Source: an uncultured Solirubrobacterales bacterium (GTDB taxonomy: Bacteria; Actinomycetota; Thermoleophilia; Solirubrobacterales; 70-9). From it: a stretch of 64,000 nt of DNA. Under the pieces are notes generated by a model that saw only the letters and a list, made by a program, of their open reading frames with translations, was not told where the DNA came from and did no database searches. This document shows, in pieces, positions 60,146-64,000 of the stretch (position 1 is the first letter of the stretch; each line of letters begins with the position of its first letter). Location of the stretch: the NCBI GenBank assembly GCA_963702055.1, contig OY969702.1, forward strand, positions 1,912,301-1,976,300. The letters are read 5' to 3'. Both the position numbers and the translations under genes were made by a program.

Positions 60146-60915
60146 TCCACCCCAACTTGATCAAACGCCGTGCCGACGAAGACGGACTGCCGGCCGGCGC
60201 GGTTGAGCGCGACTACGTCCTCGCGCACGTCCTCGCCGCGATCGTCAGGCACGACGAGCGAGGCCAGATCGTCTTCAAGGGCGGAACCGCGCTCCGGCTC
60301 TGTTACTTCGAGCACTACCGCTACTCTGCCGACCTCGATTTCAGCCTGATTGGCGGTCTCGGCCTTGATGCCGCGCGCCAGCTGGTCGAGAGCGCCCTGC
60401 AAGACTGCGCCGAGCAGGTCGGCTTTCCCTTGCTGGGGCTGAGCGATTCCGACCCGCCCCGGATCGAGTACGTCGGGCCGCTCGAGGCCAAGCCCAGGCC
60501 GCTGAAGCTCGACCTCGCCGACGACGAGTTGGTCGAGGACACGACCACGCTGCCGATCATTCGTCGTTACACGGACCAGGAACCCTGCCACTGCCTCGTC
60601 TACACACTGGAGGAAGTCGCTGCCGAGAAGCTGCGCTGCGTTATGCAGCGCCTTCAGTGCCGTGACCTCTACGACCTGGACAAGCTGCTGGTCGAGTGCG
60701 GGGTCGAGGCCCAGGCCATCTGGTCAGCCTTCGAGCGCAAGGCGCGCCACCGCGGCCTGGACCCCGAGCGCTTCGCCGAGCGCTTCAACGACCGAGAGGG
60801 CGAATGGCAGCGCCGCTGGGAAGCCGAGCTCGTGGAGTACCTGACCGAACCCCCGCCCCATTTCGGCGAGGTGAGACGCGCCGTGCGTCGCGAGCTGCGC
60901 TTTGTCCTCGGGTAG
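60142..60915 (+). CDS. abiEii: AbiEii/AbiGii-family nucleotidyltransferase toxin
   Basis: GTGA overlap. VERDYVLAHVL...IVFKGGTALRLCY...RYSADLDFSL. Confidence 0.85.
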   Translation: MIHPNLIKRRADEDGLPAGAVERDYVLAHVLAAIVRHDERGQIVFKGGTALRLCYFEHYRYSADLDFSLIGGLGLDAARQLVESALQDCAEQVGFPLLGLSDSDPPRIEYVGPLEAKPRPLKLDLADDELVEDTTTLPIIRRYTDQEPCHCLVYTLEEVAAEKLRCVMQRLQCRDLYDLDKLLVECGVEAQAIWSAFERKARHRGLDPERFAERFNDREGEWQRRWEAELVEYLTEPPPHFGEVRRAVRRELRFVLG

Positions 60916-60980
60916 GCCGCCAACAGCGAGCCCCTTCGCGCCGCTGTGGCTCGGTTTCCCCGGTGTGGGAGTGACCGTAA

Positions 60981-61241
60981 GGTTGGGACATCACCGCGAA
61001 TGAGAAGCCGATGCGCGACGTGCTTGACCTTGATGAGGCGACCAATCAAGCCGATGCATTCTTCAGCCATTTGAAGCGCGCCATTGACGGGACGCATCAT
61101 CACGTCAGTCGAGAGCACTTGGCCCGCTACCTGGCCGAAGTCGACTTCAAGTTCTCGACACACCAAGAGAACAATGCTGCGCGGATGAAGCGCCTGTTCG
61201 GACAGGTCCACGGGCGTCGGCTGAAATATCGACAGGTCTAG
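60981..61241 (+). pseudogene. C-terminal remnant of an IS1595-family transposase
   Basis: ..ADAFFSHLKRAIDGTHHHVSREHLARYLAEVDFKFSTHQENN matches the conserved EGFWSxLKRxxxGxxHxVSxKHLxRYLxEFxFRxN tail. No catalytic core lies upstream. Confidence 0.7.
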
Positions 61242-61459
61242 CCCTCGCCCTTCTGTTCATGCTTTGCCGTATACCGGGAGTATGCGCTGAGCATGCCTGC
61301 AATCTGCGGGGGTGTCGTATACATGACGAGCGCAGACAGGATCTCTACCTGCTCGGGGCAGCCTGGCACTCCCTCACTTCTTAGAGCGGTTTGCAGCTCT
61401 TTCAGCTTCGCGTGGGCGGGAAGATGGAGCTTGGCAGCTTTGGTCTGGAGGGGGGCCAT
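61238..61459 (-). CDS. Hypothetical small protein
   Basis: ORF only. Confidence 0.25.
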   Translation of the reverse strand: MAPLQTKAAKLHLPAHAKLKELQTALRSEGVPGCPEQVEILSALVMYTTPPQIAGMLSAYSRYTAKHEQKGEG

Positions 61460-61546
61460 TCAAAGGTGTCCTAGGTCCCTGTCAGAATACTCGTGGTATA
61501 CCGAAAACGGGTCTACCCTGTTAGATCCCGCCAAGGAGAAGGGGCG

Positions 61547-62137
61547 ATGAGCGAAAACGCGTCGGTCCAACCGCAGAGCCTCAATCGAGGCAAGTTCAAG
61601 GAAATGGTCCTCTACTTCTCCATGCGCTCAGCGGAGCTAGAAGACGAGGGCTTCGGCATGGTGAAGCTGAACAAGCTCCTATACCGCGCTGACTTCGAGG
61701 CTTACCGGACGCTTGGGAGCGCGATCACGGGAGAGACCTACGAGCGTCAAGAATTCGGCCCGGTGGCGCGTGATCTCCCCATCGTCCTTGACGAATTGGG
61801 AGCAGGCGGACGGCTGCGGTGGGAGCACATTCCGGCTGGCCCGTATACCCGTGATGTGCCCCGCGCTCAGGGCGACGACGATGTTATGCCCGACCAAAGC
61901 GTCTTTTCAGACGATGAGTTGGTCATCATGGAGCGTGCTCTAGGTGAACTTGCAACGCACGGCGGCAAGTCGGTGAGCAATTGGTCCCATGAGCAGTCTG
62001 CGGGATGGAACCTCGCAGGCGAGGATGGAAATACCATCGAGTACCGAACCGCCTTCATTTCAACTGACCAGCTTCCCCGCGATTTCATGAAACATGCGAG
62101 CGAGTATGTGTGCCAACAAGGCTGGGTAACGTCCTAA
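61547..62137 (+). CDS. Panacea/SocA (DUF4065) domain antitoxin-like protein
   Basis: AAGGAG SD. FKEMVLYFSMRS...MVKLNKLLYRADFEAYRTLGSAITGETYERQEFGPVARDL. Confidence 0.7.
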   Translation: MSENASVQPQSLNRGKFKEMVLYFSMRSAELEDEGFGMVKLNKLLYRADFEAYRTLGSAITGETYERQEFGPVARDLPIVLDELGAGGRLRWEHIPAGPYTRDVPRAQGDDDVMPDQSVFSDDELVIMERALGELATHGGKSVSNWSHEQSAGWNLAGEDGNTIEYRTAFISTDQLPRDFMKHASEYVCQQGWVTS

Positions 62138-62158
62138 GCTGCCGCCAGTCTGTGAGAT

Positions 62159-62485
62159 GTGGCGCTCCCCCCCGGTCAGAACTACGAGCACATCTACCAC
62201 GACTCGTTTGAGAAAGCCAAGAGAGACCTTGGCGTTGCTGGCCGGTCCTTCGACTATTTTTGGCACGACATCGCGCAGAACCTAGACGACGATCCCTTCA
62301 ATGTCTACGTGCGAGAAGTGCCCAATACGGGGGGGTTTTGCGTCTACCCAACAAAGCCAGAGCACCCCGACTTTATTTCCTGCGTTGTCTACTTCTCGGT
62401 TGAGAGTGTTCCTGAGAAGCGGATCAACTATTACGGCCTAGAGGGTCTCCCTGAGGACTGGAAATACGTGCCGTTGCACTTCTAG
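62159..62485 (+). CDS. Candidate cognate toxin (distantly RelE/ParE-like pattern; unclassified)
   Basis: 21 nt downstream of the Panacea gene. FEKAKRDLG...IAQNLDDDPF...ISCVVYFSVESVPEKRINYYGLE resembles RelE/ParE secondary-structure order. Weak. Confidence 0.35.
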   Translation: MALPPGQNYEHIYHDSFEKAKRDLGVAGRSFDYFWHDIAQNLDDDPFNVYVREVPNTGGFCVYPTKPEHPDFISCVVYFSVESVPEKRINYYGLEGLPEDWKYVPLHF

Positions 62486-62727
62486 GTCGGGATATCGAAG
62501 CGGCAGGGGCCGAAATGCCCGGCCTGCAAAGAACAACGCTTCCCGTCCCAGGTCTTCGAGCACCGCGCAGGCTCACCCTTCTCCTCAGCGTTCGCAGGCT
62601 CGACGCCAAACAGCGTCTGTAGCGCTTGCGTTGGCTTCAGAGGGTCTAGCGAGACGTGCTCGTCGTCGGCCATACTCAAAGAAGATAGCCCTTGCGGCAA
62701 CGGACAGACTCGGGAAGGTGAGAATAG

Positions 62728-62862
62728 ATGGCAGGCAACCTCGATTCGAACAGCAGCCAATCCTTGATGCGGATTGCGGATCAATTGTCTCTGATCAACA
62801 AGAACATAGAGACGCAAAACGCGCTACTTAGAAAGCTGATCGAGCAGGCCGAAGCGAAGTAG
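62728..62862 (+). CDS. Possible 44-aa helical small protein
   Basis: GGAAGGTGA SD lies 7 nt upstream of the ATG. MAGNLDSNSSQSLMRIADQLSLINKNIETQNALLRKLIEQAEAK. Below the ORF-track threshold. Confidence 0.3.
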   Translation: MAGNLDSNSSQSLMRIADQLSLINKNIETQNALLRKLIEQAEAK

Positions 62863-62970
62863 TGCCCCGGCGCTAGCTTTGTCAGCGCCCACATCACCAA
62901 CCAATTGCCACTGAGTGAGCGATTGATGAAATTCCTCGGACTCATGCTCGGAGAATGGAGGCTGACGCAT

Positions 62971-64000
62971 CTACTTAAAGGCTCCGAATTCTTGATTTGT
63001 CTGCTTGGCCGCAGCCGATGAGACGGTGCCAGTCGAGGTGGAACTGCGCGGTTTGTTTGTCGATGCCGTAGAGCTCGATGTCGTCGACCCCCCTCCACCT
63101 GTAGCGAAGGGATTGAACTCCTGCTGGGCCTGCTGGGCGGCAGCTTGAGCCGCGCCATTTGCGCTGTTCGACTTCGAACCGCTGCTCGTTGAAGCTGCAC
63201 GAGAAGACTTGCCGCCTTGCTTCTTGGATGAACTCGCTGTGCTGCCCGTCCCGGAGCTCGGCGAACTTGCCGATGCAGCGCTTGCCGTGCTGAACGCGTC
63301 TGTCGTCCGCGTGCTTGCCGGCCCGGCATGGCGGTGGCCGTGACCGACCAGATCGACGCCGCCGATGCCCGGGCCGATTACTCCACTGGCTAGACAAGCC
63401 AGTGCCGCTGCCCCGCAAACCCCGGCGGCGCGTGTTGCGCCACCTGCCGCCGCGGTGCTTGCCGGCTCGCCGGCGCCGCCAAGGAGTAGGCGCCGGGCCA
63501 GATCATGGAGGCGGTTCCACGCTTCGCCGATGCCGTGGCCCGCCTTCTCGGCCACCGCTTCGACCCCGGCCGGCAGGTGGAATCCGGCACCGCGTTCGGT
63601 GGCAATCGAGACCCAGGCCGCCAATCCCAGTTCGATCGCCAGCGAGTCGAGATCCTCGACCCCGAGCAGCTCACGCAGGTGTCTGAGGGCGGCGTGATGG
63701 CGGCGGTCGGCCTTGGCGTGGTCCCATCGCAGCGCTCTGCCGATTTCGCGCACCGACATCCCCTCGAAGTAGCAGAGCTCGATCACCTTGCGCTCCTCGA
63801 TCGGCAGCAGGTCGACGGCATGCTGAAGTTGATCGGCTCGATCCAACTCCAGCACCCTCTCCTCCGGCGTTGGTTTCTCGTCGGCGACCGGAGCAGCCGC
63901 GTCGATCTCGATCAGGCTCGGCGCTCGGCCCTGCGAGGTGAGCAGGTTCTGGGTGCGTCGCCAAGCGCAGTTGATCAGCCACCCGGTGGGGTTGTCGATC
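62971..64000 (-). CDS. ECF-type sigma factor with a C-terminal TM segment and Ser/Thr/Ala-rich extension; 5' end outside window
   Basis: The frame stays open to the window edge: IDNPTGWLINCAWRRTQNLL...LPIEERKVIELCYFEGMSVREIGRALRWDHAKADRRHHAALRHLRELL (region 4), then ATRAAGVCGAAALACLASGVIGPGIGG and an S/T-rich tail. Confidence 0.65.
   Translation of the reverse strand, partial: IDNPTGWLINCAWRRTQNLLTSQGRAPSLIEIDAAAPVADEKPTPEERVLELDRADQLQHAVDLLPIEERKVIELCYFEGMSVREIGRALRWDHAKADRRHHAALRHLRELLGVEDLDSLAIELGLAAWVSIATERGAGFHLPAGVEAVAEKAGHGIGEAWNRLHDLARRLLLGGAGEPASTAAAGGATRAAGVCGAAALACLASGVIGPGIGGVDLVGHGHRHAGPASTRTTDAFSTASAASASSPSSGTGSTASSSKKQGGKSSRAASTSSGSKSNSANGAAQAAAQQAQQEFNPFATGGGGSTTSSSTASTNKPRSSTSTGTVSSAAAKQTNQEFGAFK

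Noticed and set aside
1-64000. Search for tRNA, rRNA, integrase/att sites and replication/partition genes to delimit the mobile element
   Set aside because: I could not recognise any tRNA-like cloverleaf (no GTTCGAATC/T-loop type motifs), rRNA, tyrosine/serine recombinase, Rep or ParA/ParB in the window. The element boundaries and whether it is an ICE or a plasmid remain open.

Overview
High-GC (Actinomycetota-like) 64-kb window, densely coding, with five recognisable blocks. (1) 1-20.5 kb is a Wzx/Wzy-dependent exopolysaccharide locus: GH-A hydrolase, two Wzy/O-antigen-ligase-like proteins, a Wzc-type tyrosine kinase, Wzx flippase, GT2/GT4/Alg13-Alg14 glycosyltransferases, deacetylase, acetyltransferase, priming phosphoglycosyl transferase and a nucleotide-sugar dehydrogenase. 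It carries an IS3 remnant, an ECF sigma factor and a small ribbon-helix-helix paralogue family. (2) 21.4-25.4 kb is a compact accessory locus and the most interesting signal in the window. An MccB/PaaA-type E1 adenylyltransferase with an N-terminal extension, an ArsR regulator and a SAM methyltransferase are bracketed by two paralogous 19-20 aa peptide genes. These genes fall below the ORF-track cutoff. A degenerate Fic protein lies next to them. (3) 25.9-59 kb is a conjugative element. It encodes an N6-methylase/SNF2 helicase fusion, an SOS-box-controlled imuB-dnaE2 mutagenesis cassette, ssb, a thermonuclease-like lipoprotein, a candidate oriT, a MOBF relaxase-helicase, a sigma-like gene, TetR+GT1 cargo, secreted repeat proteins and a translationally coupled Gram-positive-type T4SS operon (pilin-like, VirB6-like, split VirB4, coupling protein). 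(4) 59.3-62.9 kb is a more AT-rich toxin-antitoxin/abortive-infection islet: AbiEi/AbiEii, an IS1595 remnant, and a Panacea/SocA antitoxin with an unclassified partner. (5) A partial sigma-factor gene with a C-terminal membrane extension runs off the right edge. I recognised no rRNA, tRNA or CRISPR array. All calls rest on reading translated motifs and the nucleotide sequence by eye; no searches were run. Coordinates of small motifs were hand-counted and may be off by 1-2 nt.
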